A stretch of DNA of 64,000 bases from Myxococcota bacterium (GTDB lineage Bacteria > Myxococcota_A > SURF-8), in the NCBI GenBank assembly GCA_963674735.2, contig CAXXQS010000001.1:736001-800000 (forward strand), read 5' to 3'. The notes under the pieces are model-generated. The model saw nothing but the letters and a program-made list of their open reading frames with translations. It was not told the DNA's origin and made no database searches. Each line of letters starts with the position of its first letter. The first letter of the stretch is position 1. The translations under genes and the position numbers were made by a program. This document shows, piece by piece, positions 31,741 to 41,574 of the stretch.

Positions 31741-31857
31741 GGGGGAAGGGCATCATCCATTCCGGTGATTCGTTCGGATATTCCCGTGCCGAAACAGTTT
31801 GACACTCGATCCGTGCCGGGCTAGATTCGTGATTCGACACAGCCAAAAAGGAAACGG

Positions 31858-32355
31858 ATGAAACTCGCTGATTTAAAAGAGCGGTACCGGCGCGTCATGG
31901 CGTATGAAACGGACATGGCTTTCATGTGGATCGTCTTGTTGACTATCCGAAACGCCAACGACGGTGATTGGGGCTGGAATGGAGATTGGGGAAGGCTGGC
32001 TTTTGGTTTCGGCTGTCTTGCGGCGATCGTTCTTTATCGGCTTTGGCGTTTTCGTCGTTTCCCGCCTTTTACTGCCCGCAAGCGCAACGAAGAAAACAGC
32101 GTTTCGCCAATGCTGGGGCTGTTCGTGCAACTGAGCATCTATACGCTGTTGGATCTGGTCCAGATGTTTTACATTTTCAATGAAGAAACAGTGGCTCGCA
32201 CCGGCGCGGTTTATTTCGTGCTGCAGGCGCTGCTTGCCTTCGTCTGCTTCCTTCTGAGCCTGCGATTTGTTTACGAACCCCTGCGCGTGTGGTGGATCGA
32301 ACGGCGGGATCTGAAATGGGAAAGACTGGCGGCGGAGGAATCCGACGCTAGCTAG
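31858..32355 (+). CDS. Hypothetical 4-TM membrane protein
   Basis: Four hydrophobic segments; AAGGA RBS. Confidence 0.65.
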   Translation: MKLADLKERYRRVMAYETDMAFMWIVLLTIRNANDGDWGWNGDWGRLAFGFGCLAAIVLYRLWRFRRFPPFTARKRNEENSVSPMLGLFVQLSIYTLLDLVQMFYIFNEETVARTGAVYFVLQALLAFVCFLLSLRFVYEPLRVWWIERRDLKWERLAAEESDAS

Positions 32356-33301
32356 TCCGACTAAGCACCGCGGTTCGGGTGGATTCGAGTTCGGAAGCGG
32401 GCGGCGAGCCATCGGGGTTGAGCGGACAGGTCTGGTGCCAGCGCGCATCGTCGAAAGCATAGTGGGTGTTCTCGAACGTCTCGCGCACCGCCTCGCGGTA
32501 TTCGCGCCGCTTGAAATGCGCCGTCCACACCTTCGAGAGAGGCAGCACCTGTTCCTCGCGAAACCACTCAAGTTGTTCGCCCGTTCCGATATCGTGCACG
32601 CAACCGCGTAAAATTCCCCAACTCGATTGCGCCAGCGTGTAAGCGGCCAGATCGCGCCGCATGGCCCGCAGACGTCCCTCGGCGGACGGGTTGAAGTAGC
32701 GGAAGCGCTCGGAATACAGAACGGCCGCGTGGGGAAATTCAGGGATATTGATCAGGCCGCTCATCTTCATACGCTCGGCCAGCGCAATCAGCATCGCCAT
32801 CACTTCATGGCCGACTTTCAAGCCGGGATGGGACTGCCCGGGCAGGGCGGGGCGTCCAGGATGAAAGGGGACGGTCGGGTTTTGCAGGCATAACCACTGG
32901 ATGTACAGCATGAAAAAACGCTGGTCGCGCAATTCGAAGGCGAAGGGATGGGTGGGCATGAACAGTCCGTCGTGCAGGCTGATTTCGCCCAGCAAATGCT
33001 CCGTTCCGTCTCGTTCGATGTAAAGAAACACCTGCTGACGCTCGGAATCGGAGGTGTCCATGCGCACGTGTATGTTGTCGAGACCCTCCTCGCGCAGTTT
33101 GGGCGATACTCCGTAATGTTCCAGACGTTCGTGGATCATCTCCAGCGAGTAGTGTCCCAAAAGCAGCGGGCTTTTGCTGTCGCGAAACAAGCCCGAGAAG
33201 TCGTCGTCGCCGGGCAGCAAGGAAGAGCTGTCCATGAACACCCGACGAAAATGGCGAAGCGGAAATAGCTCGGGGTGGAGACGTTTGGACTGCCGCGACA
33301 T
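32348..33301 (-). CDS. Conserved hypothetical protein resembling the domain appended to some bacterial HDAC-family deacetylases
   Basis: WLCLQNP...LPGQSHPGL...PEFPHAA motif recalled from such proteins; GGAG RBS. Confidence 0.6.
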   Translation of the reverse strand: MSRQSKRLHPELFPLRHFRRVFMDSSSLLPGDDDFSGLFRDSKSPLLLGHYSLEMIHERLEHYGVSPKLREEGLDNIHVRMDTSDSERQQVFLYIERDGTEHLLGEISLHDGLFMPTHPFAFELRDQRFFMLYIQWLCLQNPTVPFHPGRPALPGQSHPGLKVGHEVMAMLIALAERMKMSGLINIPEFPHAAVLYSERFRYFNPSAEGRLRAMRRDLAAYTLAQSSWGILRGCVHDIGTGEQLEWFREEQVLPLSKVWTAHFKRREYREAVRETFENTHYAFDDARWHQTCPLNPDGSPPASELESTRTAVLSRTS

Positions 33302-33512
33302 CAGGACTCCGAAACTAGCTGCCGTGCTGCATCACCCCCATGGTGAGCGGCTGCGACAAGGATTGCTCTTATTGTAAGGGGGGCGTCCGTTTTGAGCAAC
33401 CCTAAAGCCGCGTGTGGGGTCGTGGCCGGAAAACGAAGGCAAGTGCCGAATTCGCTTTGGATTCGAGGGTAGGTTCTGTAACATGGAATGATATCTATTG
33501 AGAGGAGCGCTC

Positions 33513-36128
33513 ATGCGGCAGATGACGAAAGCGTGGCTGGGGATTTTTGCGATTCTGTGCGTGCTTCTAAGCGCCTGCAGCGAAACGGGTGAAAGTCCCG
33601 GCACCGGCGACGCCGATGGGCAGCCGGATGGCGATGCCGACGGCCAGGTGGATGGCGACCTCGATGAAGAAAGCCCGGATGCCGACGGCGATAGCGAAGA
33701 GGCGGACGACACCTTTTTTGAGTCGCGCTGGTGGCCGATCGACGATCCCACCGGCGTTCTCGATCTGCTCGATGACAGTCCGTTTTTTGCTGCGCGTTCC
33801 TGGCTGGTAAAGGACATGAGCGCCTGGTTCGAGAGCGGACAAGCCGACCCGCCCGGCAGCGTGCCCGACGACGCCAGCCGTTTGGGCTATTATGCCGTGG
33901 GAAACGGAGTGGCCTTTGGCTTCGTGGGCAGTTACCATCCGCGCAACACCTTGCATGAAATGATCGGTCCCGATTTCCAAAAGAGCGGTAAAGGCTTTTT
34001 CTCCGATGTCTCCGCCCTGATCGAAATCGAGGGTTCGCCGTTGGCCTGGACCAACGAATGGATCTGGCGGGTTCGGCGCACGCAAATCCCCCTGACGCGC
34101 ATGCAGGTGGAGGGGTCGTCTCTCGAACTCGATACGATTACCTTCGCGCCGCGTCGCGACAGTATGGGCGACGAGCGGCGCACCCTCGTGCAAGTCCTGA
34201 ACCTGCGCAATACCGGAAGCGACGTTATTGACGGGGCGTCGCTGCGCCTGCAAAATGCCGCGCCCGTAGAGCTTAGCGGTGAGGGGTATTGGGAACAGAT
34301 GCGCGGGACGCATCGCTGCCGTCTCGCACCGCTGGAAGAGGGCTGGAGCGTGGAAGAAGCGGAGTCGGTGGAGCCGTATCTGCGCAGTCCGGTTGTTTCG
34401 CTTGAAGCGGGTGAGGAACGGCAGTTTGTGGCCGTTTACGAGTTCGGGTATGAGGACGAAACGCTCGGGGACGGACGCAGCGCCGTTCGGGCTGCGGGCT
34501 GGGAGCAACTCCTCGACGACACCGCCGCCTGGTGGCGCGCCTGGCACGCGGCGGGCTTGCAGGTGCTGACGGAGGATACGAAGGTCAACGACCTGATCGA
34601 TGGCTTGAAGGGCGCGGTGAAGGTGCAGATGGCCGAAAACGGCGCGTTGTGTCCCATGTCGCATTACACCGGCGTCTGGATCCGCGACAGCTTCGGACCG
34701 ACGCGTATGTTTCTGAAATTCGGCTATCACGCGGATGCCTGGGCGGTCAGCGATTACTACCGTGCCGCCTCGGCCATGGCGGGCGGGATCGGGAATGCGC
34801 GGGATGCCGACATTGTTCCGGCCGATCCGTTGCCGCAGGTTGACTGGCTGGGCAATATCCCGTTTTCAGGTCGCCTGCGCGGCGAAGGTCCGAGCTACAT
34901 TCCGTTGATGCACAGCTGGCTTTGGCGCTATACGGGAATGGATGACCGGTTGACGGCGCGCTGGAGCTACCTGATGCACACGCTTAAAGGGCAGGGCATC
35001 ACCGACGACGGCTTGCTGTATTTCTCGGGGGACGAAACGTTTCGTCCGCAACTCGCCGCCAACTGGGGATACTCGGCCGAATACGCCTTCGAGGAATTGA
35101 CCTACTCGGCCAACTCGGGCTTTCTGTTCGTCGCGGCCTGTGAACAACTGGGAGCCTTTGCCGAAGCGTCGGATGCGTCCGAAGCCGATGTCCTGTGGCT
35201 GTCCGAACACGCGGCGACCGTTCGTGCCGCTACCGATCGCGCCTATTGGTTGGAGGATGACGGGCGTTACAGCCCGGTTATATACATGGAAAACGGGGCG
35301 GCCGAAACGCGTCCGGCGGAGGATGTCAACACCAAGCCGCTCTGGCTGGGCTATCTCGACCGCAGCGACCCGCAGGCGCGGGAAAATATCGAATCGGTGA
35401 TCGCCGCCATCGGACAGGATAACGGGCTTATTCAAAATCAGCTCGGCGAGGAAAGTACGTTATTGGGCTACGATATCGGCCAGGGCATCATGACGGGCAT
35501 GGGGCCCGCCTATTTCCTGTATAACGTGGCCGAATTGAATCTGGAGCAGGCCGAAACGGTCTTCGACACGGTCGGAACCTACGTGTCGCCGTCGGGCAAC
35601 TTGCCGGAGGTGGCGTTGTTTGCCGAACCGGGGCGGGCGCTTGCGCCTGTTTACGATCGGGCGGGCAGTCTGGGCGAGCTGTGGGCGCGGCACCGGCAGT
35701 GGGAAGGGGCCATCGCCGCCGAGGCGTTTGAGCACTATCTGATCGGTTATGAGGCGGATGTCGCTGCAGGCTGGCTGCGGGTCGCGCCGCGTCTGCCCCA
35801 CGGCTCGAAACGCATCGAGGCGCGCAATCTGCGTTTCGGCGAACATGGGTTGACGATGACCTATGAATGGGAATGGCCTGTCTTCGGGTTGCGTATCGAG
35901 GGGCCGGACGATCCGCAGTCCGCCGGGTTAAACGAATTGCGCGTGCGGCTTGTGCTGCCGATCCGTGATATCCTGTCCGTCGAAACCCATACGGGCGCGT
36001 TGACCGAAGACGACTACAACCTGACGGCTCTTGGCGAGGGTGGGTCGGAAATCGAGTTGGTGCTTACCCCGGCCGCTGAAATGTTTGTGGCCGTGGGCGG
36101 AGAACGATCCGATCGGGAGAGGAAGTAA
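33513..36128 (+). CDS. Lipoprotein with a six-hairpin glycosidase-like domain
   Basis: LSAC lipobox, DGD linker, YTGVWIRD and SGNLPEV motifs typical of (alpha/alpha)6 glycoside hydrolases. Confidence 0.7.
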   Translation: MRQMTKAWLGIFAILCVLLSACSETGESPGTGDADGQPDGDADGQVDGDLDEESPDADGDSEEADDTFFESRWWPIDDPTGVLDLLDDSPFFAARSWLVKDMSAWFESGQADPPGSVPDDASRLGYYAVGNGVAFGFVGSYHPRNTLHEMIGPDFQKSGKGFFSDVSALIEIEGSPLAWTNEWIWRVRRTQIPLTRMQVEGSSLELDTITFAPRRDSMGDERRTLVQVLNLRNTGSDVIDGASLRLQNAAPVELSGEGYWEQMRGTHRCRLAPLEEGWSVEEAESVEPYLRSPVVSLEAGEERQFVAVYEFGYEDETLGDGRSAVRAAGWEQLLDDTAAWWRAWHAAGLQVLTEDTKVNDLIDGLKGAVKVQMAENGALCPMSHYTGVWIRDSFGPTRMFLKFGYHADAWAVSDYYRAASAMAGGIGNARDADIVPADPLPQVDWLGNIPFSGRLRGEGPSYIPLMHSWLWRYTGMDDRLTARWSYLMHTLKGQGITDDGLLYFSGDETFRPQLAANWGYSAEYAFEELTYSANSGFLFVAACEQLGAFAEASDASEADVLWLSEHAATVRAATDRAYWLEDDGRYSPVIYMENGAAETRPAEDVNTKPLWLGYLDRSDPQARENIESVIAAIGQDNGLIQNQLGEESTLLGYDIGQGIMTGMGPAYFLYNVAELNLEQAETVFDTVGTYVSPSGNLPEVALFAEPGRALAPVYDRAGSLGELWARHRQWEGAIAAEAFEHYLIGYEADVAAGWLRVAPRLPHGSKRIEARNLRFGEHGLTMTYEWEWPVFGLRIEGPDDPQSAGLNELRVRLVLPIRDILSVETHTGALTEDDYNLTALGEGGSEIELVLTPAAEMFVAVGGERSDRERK

Positions 36129-36138
36129 AGGAGCGAGT

Positions 36139-36711
36139 ATGTTGAATACGTGTTGGAAAACGTTGCTTGCCGGACTGCTCGGGGCGGCTTTGCTCGTTGC
36201 GTGCGGCGGCGATGACGGTCCGGCCGATGGGACGGGCGGTGACGTGGATCTCGATACCATGGAAGCCGAAGAGGAATTTGTCTATCCCACTGACGGCGAC
36301 GAAGACCGCGAAATCGAAGAGGAGGCCCCGCCTTCGGTGTTGGGGCATTGGTCGTTGACCGATACCAGCGCCTTTACCTGGTTTCAGAACGAGAACATCC
36401 AGACGCTGTATTGGGTGATCGACAACCTGGAATTCTTCTATTGGATGGAAACGGAAAACGGCCCGAAGTGCTGGGCGCAAAGCATGACGCGTGAGACGGC
36501 CAGCCGTTTCGTCCCCACCGACGACCCCGATTCCTGCTGGTATGAATTGACCCTCGACAATCTCGACCGCCTGACCGCCTTGTCGCGGCATCGCAACGAT
36601 ACGGCCGATGACCCGTGGACCTTCATCTTCGAGCGCATCGACGCGGTTCCCGATTTCGATGCGGAGCTGTGCATCCGGCTGAACGATTGCATCGATTACA
36701 ACGCAGAGTGA
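36139..36711 (+). CDS. Acidic lipoprotein of unknown function
   Basis: AAGGAG RBS; LVAC lipobox; DGD-containing linker. Confidence 0.7.
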   Translation: MLNTCWKTLLAGLLGAALLVACGGDDGPADGTGGDVDLDTMEAEEEFVYPTDGDEDREIEEEAPPSVLGHWSLTDTSAFTWFQNENIQTLYWVIDNLEFFYWMETENGPKCWAQSMTRETASRFVPTDDPDSCWYELTLDNLDRLTALSRHRNDTADDPWTFIFERIDAVPDFDAELCIRLNDCIDYNAE

Positions 36712-36819
36712 GTGCTTTAGACGAAACGGCAATGCGAAGCGTCACACTGCTTCGCGATTGACAAACGCAGGAATTCGGCTACTCTCGAATGATCGGCTCC
36801 AACCGTGAGGGGAAAAACC

Positions 36820-37554
36820 ATGGCGGAACGTAACCCATCCTTATTCGGCGGGCTTCTTATGCTGGCTCTGGCCATTATCGGGGCAGCTGCCATCGGGGCC
36901 TGGGCCATTCACGACGCCAAGCGCAGCGGCGACACGGTTTCGGTAACCGGTTCGGCCCGCAAGCCCATCACGGCCGATCTGGTGGTGTGGCGCGGCAACG
37001 TGTCGCGCCAGCACGACGATTTCAAGACAGCCTTCCGCGATGTCAAGTTCAACATGGATGGTGTGCTCGACTATCTCAAAAGCAAACAGGTGACGGCCGA
37101 GGAACTCACCGTCCATCCGGTCGAAAATTACCCGCTCTACGGACGCAACCTCGACGGGTCGTCGTCATCGAAAATCGTCGGCTACAACTTTTCGCAGATG
37201 TTCGAAATCCGTTCCGGTCGTATCGAAGCCATTACGGCGCTGTCGCGCGATGTGTCCGACCTGATCGAAAAAGGCATTCAGCTACAGTCGTATCGTCCCG
37301 AATACTACTACACCAAGCTCGCCGATTTGCGCGTGGAGATGATCGGCAAAGCCACCAAAGACGCCAAGCTGCGTGCGGAAATGCTGGGAGAGGCGGCCGG
37401 GTTCCGCGTCGGTCCGGTGCGTAGCGCACGAACCGGCGTTTTCCAGATCACCGCCCGCAATTCCACCGAAGTCAGCGATTACGGCGTGTACGACACCTCG
37501 ACCATCGAGAAGGATATTGCCGCCGTCGTGAAGGTGACTTTCGGCGTGGATTAG
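36820..37554 (+). CDS. SIMPL (DUF541) domain protein
   Basis: VSVTGSA...ADLVVW, RAEML and GVFQIT motifs. Confidence 0.85.
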   Translation: MAERNPSLFGGLLMLALAIIGAAAIGAWAIHDAKRSGDTVSVTGSARKPITADLVVWRGNVSRQHDDFKTAFRDVKFNMDGVLDYLKSKQVTAEELTVHPVENYPLYGRNLDGSSSSKIVGYNFSQMFEIRSGRIEAITALSRDVSDLIEKGIQLQSYRPEYYYTKLADLRVEMIGKATKDAKLRAEMLGEAAGFRVGPVRSARTGVFQITARNSTEVSDYGVYDTSTIEKDIAAVVKVTFGVD

Positions 37555-37705
37555 CGTTTGGGCCAACGTGGCTGGCGACGGTTCGATCCGCAAACTCGAC
37601 GACCCGTGCCATTGCAGCGACGACATTCCTAAGCGGGGCAGGGTAGGACGATTTCTTACCCGACATATAATGTCTGATCTACTGGATGCGACTTACAGGG
37701 CTGAC

Positions 37706-39250
37706 ATGTTAAAGCATAAAAAACATATGGCATTGTTTCTTCTTCTGTTTCTGGCTGTCGGAGTGATCGGCTGCAACGAGTCCTCTGATGATTCAGCGGG
37801 AGATGGCGACATAATCGACGGCGATCAGGACAAAACCGACGGCGGCAGCGGGGTTTGCGAGCCGGAAGCGCTGCGCTGTCGTCCGGGCGACGACCTGGTG
37901 GTCGAAATCTGCCAATCAGATGGTTCGGGCTGGTCGGAATTTCGGCGCTGCTCCGAGGGGCAGGTGTGCTATATCAACGCCTGTAAAGCGATTGATACCG
38001 ACGGCGATAAGCCAGATGGTGACACCACCGATGGCGACACGCCCGACGGCGACATGGATATCGAATATTCAGGCCGATGCCTGCCGTTCTGCGAAAAGTA
38101 CCTGGAGTGTTACCCCGACGACTCGGGGACCCTCGGCGATTGCATGAACATGTGCCAGACTCTCAACCTCCCGAAGGAAGTAACTGACTGCGCCGAGCAC
38201 GAAGACTGCGCCAGTTATGGCCAGTGTGTGGATGCAATCCTCGACGGCGATGGACCGGATCAGGATCCCGATTCGACAGAAGCTCGTTGCGAGCGCTTCT
38301 GCCGGATGTTTGAAACCTGTGATGATGTTGTTTATAGTTTTTGTTCCAGTGATTGCCAGAATACACCACCAGCCGAAAGTTTACTTATCTGCGGCGATGA
38401 AACGGAGTGCGTAGCATTCCATCAGTGTGTCGGCATCGTGGATGGCGATCTGGATGAGGCGGAATGGCCCGAACGCGACACGGTGGATTACGACTATCAG
38501 GAGGGGGAGCCATCGATAGCCAACTGTTGGAACCACCCCGAGATGGTGCCGGTGAACGGAAGTTTCTGCATCGACCGCTACGAGGCCACCGTGCGGGCTA
38601 ATGCCGATTGCACGGGTACGATTTACGGACAAAACGAAGACGACTACCCGAGCGGTTTCGGCAATTGCGTGAGCTGCTTGGAAGATGAAATTTGTTATGA
38701 ATGGGAAAAAAACGGCAAGGCGGGAGGAGTTGCCGGTTGCGCAACCGACGATACTAGCGAATACGCCCCGCAAAGCACACCGCTTTTTGCTTGTTCCGAG
38801 GCTGGTGTGCTTCCCTCTCGGTTCATCACCTGGTATCAAGCGAACAAAGCTTGCGAGAACTCAGGAAAAAGCCTTTGTGCACGTAGTGATTGGGAAGCGG
38901 CCTGTGTGGGACCACATAATTTTGCCTTTCCATATGGAAACAACATAATACCAGGCATTTGCTACGATAAAGCTGCATATGAAATTAGTGGCGTCAACGC
39001 TCCAACACAGACAGGTGTGATGAGTGGATGTTACTCCGACTATGGAATATTCGACATGTCCGGGAATGTTATGGAATGGCTTAAAGAGTACAACCAATAT
39101 CTTACGGCATATACTGCTGGAGGCTATTGGTTTCTAAACACACAAGCATTCTTAGCATGCGTCGAATCATCAGATACGATGGGACGCGCAGCATTATCAA
39201 CAGCCATAGAACAATGCGGGTTTCGATGCTGTAAATATTCTCCTCAATAG
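37706..39250 (+). CDS. Cys-rich lipoprotein with a C-terminal FGE-sulfatase (SUMF1/C-type-lectin fold) domain
   Basis: VIGC lipobox, DGD repeats, FCIDRYE, WEAAC, FPYG, DMSGNVMEW and GFRCC motifs. Confidence 0.85.
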   Translation: MLKHKKHMALFLLLFLAVGVIGCNESSDDSAGDGDIIDGDQDKTDGGSGVCEPEALRCRPGDDLVVEICQSDGSGWSEFRRCSEGQVCYINACKAIDTDGDKPDGDTTDGDTPDGDMDIEYSGRCLPFCEKYLECYPDDSGTLGDCMNMCQTLNLPKEVTDCAEHEDCASYGQCVDAILDGDGPDQDPDSTEARCERFCRMFETCDDVVYSFCSSDCQNTPPAESLLICGDETECVAFHQCVGIVDGDLDEAEWPERDTVDYDYQEGEPSIANCWNHPEMVPVNGSFCIDRYEATVRANADCTGTIYGQNEDDYPSGFGNCVSCLEDEICYEWEKNGKAGGVAGCATDDTSEYAPQSTPLFACSEAGVLPSRFITWYQANKACENSGKSLCARSDWEAACVGPHNFAFPYGNNIIPGICYDKAAYEISGVNAPTQTGVMSGCYSDYGIFDMSGNVMEWLKEYNQYLTAYTAGGYWFLNTQAFLACVESSDTMGRAALSTAIEQCGFRCCKYSPQ

Positions 39251-39267
39251 CACGATCAGGCGCAGCC

Positions 39268-39567
39268 GGAGTAGGATGGGCAACTTGTTGCCCATCTTCA
39301 CCTACTCCTGCTAAGCGCAGCTTGCCCATGGGAAGGCAGCAAACCCCCGCTCAGCCTGAGTAATTTCGCGAAGCGAAATGTATCGAAGGCTCCCTAGGTA
39401 CGCCGTTTGCCAAACGGCTACTCGGGATGAGCGTTGAATATTTCATTTCCCTTGTAGGCGCGCGTCTCCCGACAGGCTCCACTAGCCAGGAGCATGGCTC
39501 TGTCATGCTCCGCATGTTTGTCTTGCTCGTTTTTCTCTTTGTTGGAACGCGTCTCCCGACGGGCTCC
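39268..39567. repeat. Cluster of REP-like palindromes
   Basis: GTAG-type hairpin 39268-39308; GCTAAGCGCAGCTTGCCCATGG 39310-39331; imperfect IR 39348-39362/39419-39433 enclosing two hairpins; 20-bp direct repeat 39461-39480/39548-39567. Confidence 0.7.
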
Positions 39568-39642
39568 CGCCTTTTGGCCCTGTTAGAGAACGAACCAATT
39601 GTACGTTATACAGAGCAAAAGCAAACCAACGAGCTTGGGCCG

Positions 39643-40800
39643 TCATTCGCCTGCGAGATTTTCCACATCGGCGGGCGTGCATTCCGCCGGTGCCAGCAGC
39701 GGGTGGCAGCGACTCGGATTGCCTTCGGGGATGTCGAAGAAATAGTCGTACTCATCCGTGACGGCGGGGAAATCGGTGCTGATGAGCTGGGCGGCGCTCG
39801 CCAGCGCGGCGCTGATGCGCGTGGTATCGTTGGCGATGGCTTCGCGGCTCGACACATCGGTGCGCGTGCGGATCAGAAAGCCCGCCTCGGCGAACTGCCG
39901 GATGCGCTCGGCGTCGGCCTGCGGATCGTCGAAGTTGACGAAGGCCCCGATGGGTGAGTCGATGGTTTTATCGGAGCGCGGAAACATCACGCGCCCTTCC
40001 GCGTTGGGCCGGCCTTCCAGATACGCATTGCGGTAAACATCGGAATCGAAGTTGAAAAACACGGCCTTGTCGCGGCTTTCACCCAGCGTCGGCCAGCCGT
40101 CGGCTTCGATGGCGGCCCGCAAAGTGGCGTGGTCGCCGCGCAGGTCGTCGGGACGGATCAAACGCTCGGCGGGCCACACCGATAAAATCAAATCGTCCAG
40201 CGCGTCGAGTTGGTCGGTCATGGTGAGTGGAGTGAAATCGTCTTTGGGTTCGATGAAAATGAACAAGGCGTGATGACCCGGATGGGCGTCGGACCACGTT
40301 TTCAGAAGCGCCAGGCAGATTCCCAGCGTTTCGCAATTGCTCCCGGCGTCGCCATACGTGGTGTGATAGACCCGAAAACCGCAATCCGGGTCATAGTGAA
40401 CATCCAACTCGAACTGGCGCACGCCCTGGTCTTCGAGCTGCACGTCGAGGGGCGCGAGTGCGCCGCCGAAAACCGGGATGGGGTCGTCGTTGAAAATGTG
40501 ATAGCTGTTATGCGTGCCTTTCACCTGGATTTGATTGAGGCGCAGCGTGTCGTCCAACGGGTAGTCGGGATACGGTTTTTCGACGTCGTTTTCCATGTCG
40601 TCATCCGCATTTTCAACAGATTCGCTGTCGGCCTCCTGCGTGTCAAGCTCGCCATCACCGTCGACAGAGGCTTCGTGATCGCCGTCGAGCGGCGTGTCGG
40701 ACGATTCCCCGCAAGCGCAACAAATAAAAAGGAGAATCAGGATCGCCAATATCGGCCTGTCGCTTTTCTTGCTTTGAACCGCTGATCGTATGAAACGCAT
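39643..40800 (-). CDS. Ca2+-dependent phosphoinositide-specific phospholipase C-like lipoprotein
   Basis: CAC lipobox; KGTHNSYH, GVRQFELDVH, IEPKD and ISTDFP motifs; start at ATG 40800. Confidence 0.85.
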   Translation of the reverse strand: MRFIRSAVQSKKSDRPILAILILLFICCACGESSDTPLDGDHEASVDGDGELDTQEADSESVENADDDMENDVEKPYPDYPLDDTLRLNQIQVKGTHNSYHIFNDDPIPVFGGALAPLDVQLEDQGVRQFELDVHYDPDCGFRVYHTTYGDAGSNCETLGICLALLKTWSDAHPGHHALFIFIEPKDDFTPLTMTDQLDALDDLILSVWPAERLIRPDDLRGDHATLRAAIEADGWPTLGESRDKAVFFNFDSDVYRNAYLEGRPNAEGRVMFPRSDKTIDSPIGAFVNFDDPQADAERIRQFAEAGFLIRTRTDVSSREAIANDTTRISAALASAAQLISTDFPAVTDEYDYFFDIPEGNPSRCHPLLAPAECTPADVENLAGE

Positions 40801-41574
40801 CGCTACATCCTGTCGGTTGTTGGCCGTTGCACTGTAAAAAAACATACTCAGAGGGAAAAGGCAACCGTTTCTCGGTTGGGACGTATTTCCGACGACCGCC
40901 AGGCTTTGTGTTCGTGCGATGCAGGTCGATTGGACGAGTCGGGGTTCGTTGTTTGCGGAGGGTGTACTCTGTAAATGTACGGAAATATGACTAAAATAGG
41001 CAAGTTGGAACGCGTATCCGGGGCAAGTTCGGCGGCGTTTTGGAAGAAATTGGAAATCACTTGTAATATCGGCAAGATAGACGTGCATAATAGGAATCCC
41101 TAGTAAATACATAGAATATAATATAGTCCGTATAGATATACTGAATGTATAGTATGACCCGACAAGGCGGCCGTCGGACTGAATAATTGCGAGAAAAACC
41201 CCGACTATTAACAATATATCTTGCCGAAATAACAGTGAATATCGTGTTCGACTGTGACAGCCTGAACGCAAGTCGCCAGTCCGGCGACATAATCACGACT
41301 TAAATAGAAGCCAACGGAATGTGACGTATTACGGCAATCCCGGTAATCCGATCGGAATAGCTCCCGGCAAAAAAACGATCATCGGAAAAACCCTGTGATT
41401 TCAAGGATAGACGATCGAGCGCATCGAACGCATTTCGCGCATTCGGCGCAACGAACGACCGGCAGGCCTCGACAGAACGACGTTCACGAGACATGAGTAT
41501 GGTTGTTTTTCAGAATAGGACATGAAACAATAATAAGACAAATAGGGGGCGCGGAGAGACGTGCCGGAGTCCGC

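Noticed and set aside
37706-39600. Diversity-generating retroelement targeting the FGE domain
   Set aside because: No reverse transcriptase and no template repeat were found in the window.
41080-41108. dif-like site (GACGTGCATAA-TAGGAA-TCCCTAGTAAAT)
   Set aside because: The XerD arm departs too far from TTATGTTAAAT.
40801-41271. 157-aa N-terminal extension of the PI-PLC ORF
   Set aside because: AT-rich and not protein-like; the signal peptide and lipobox begin after ATG 40800.
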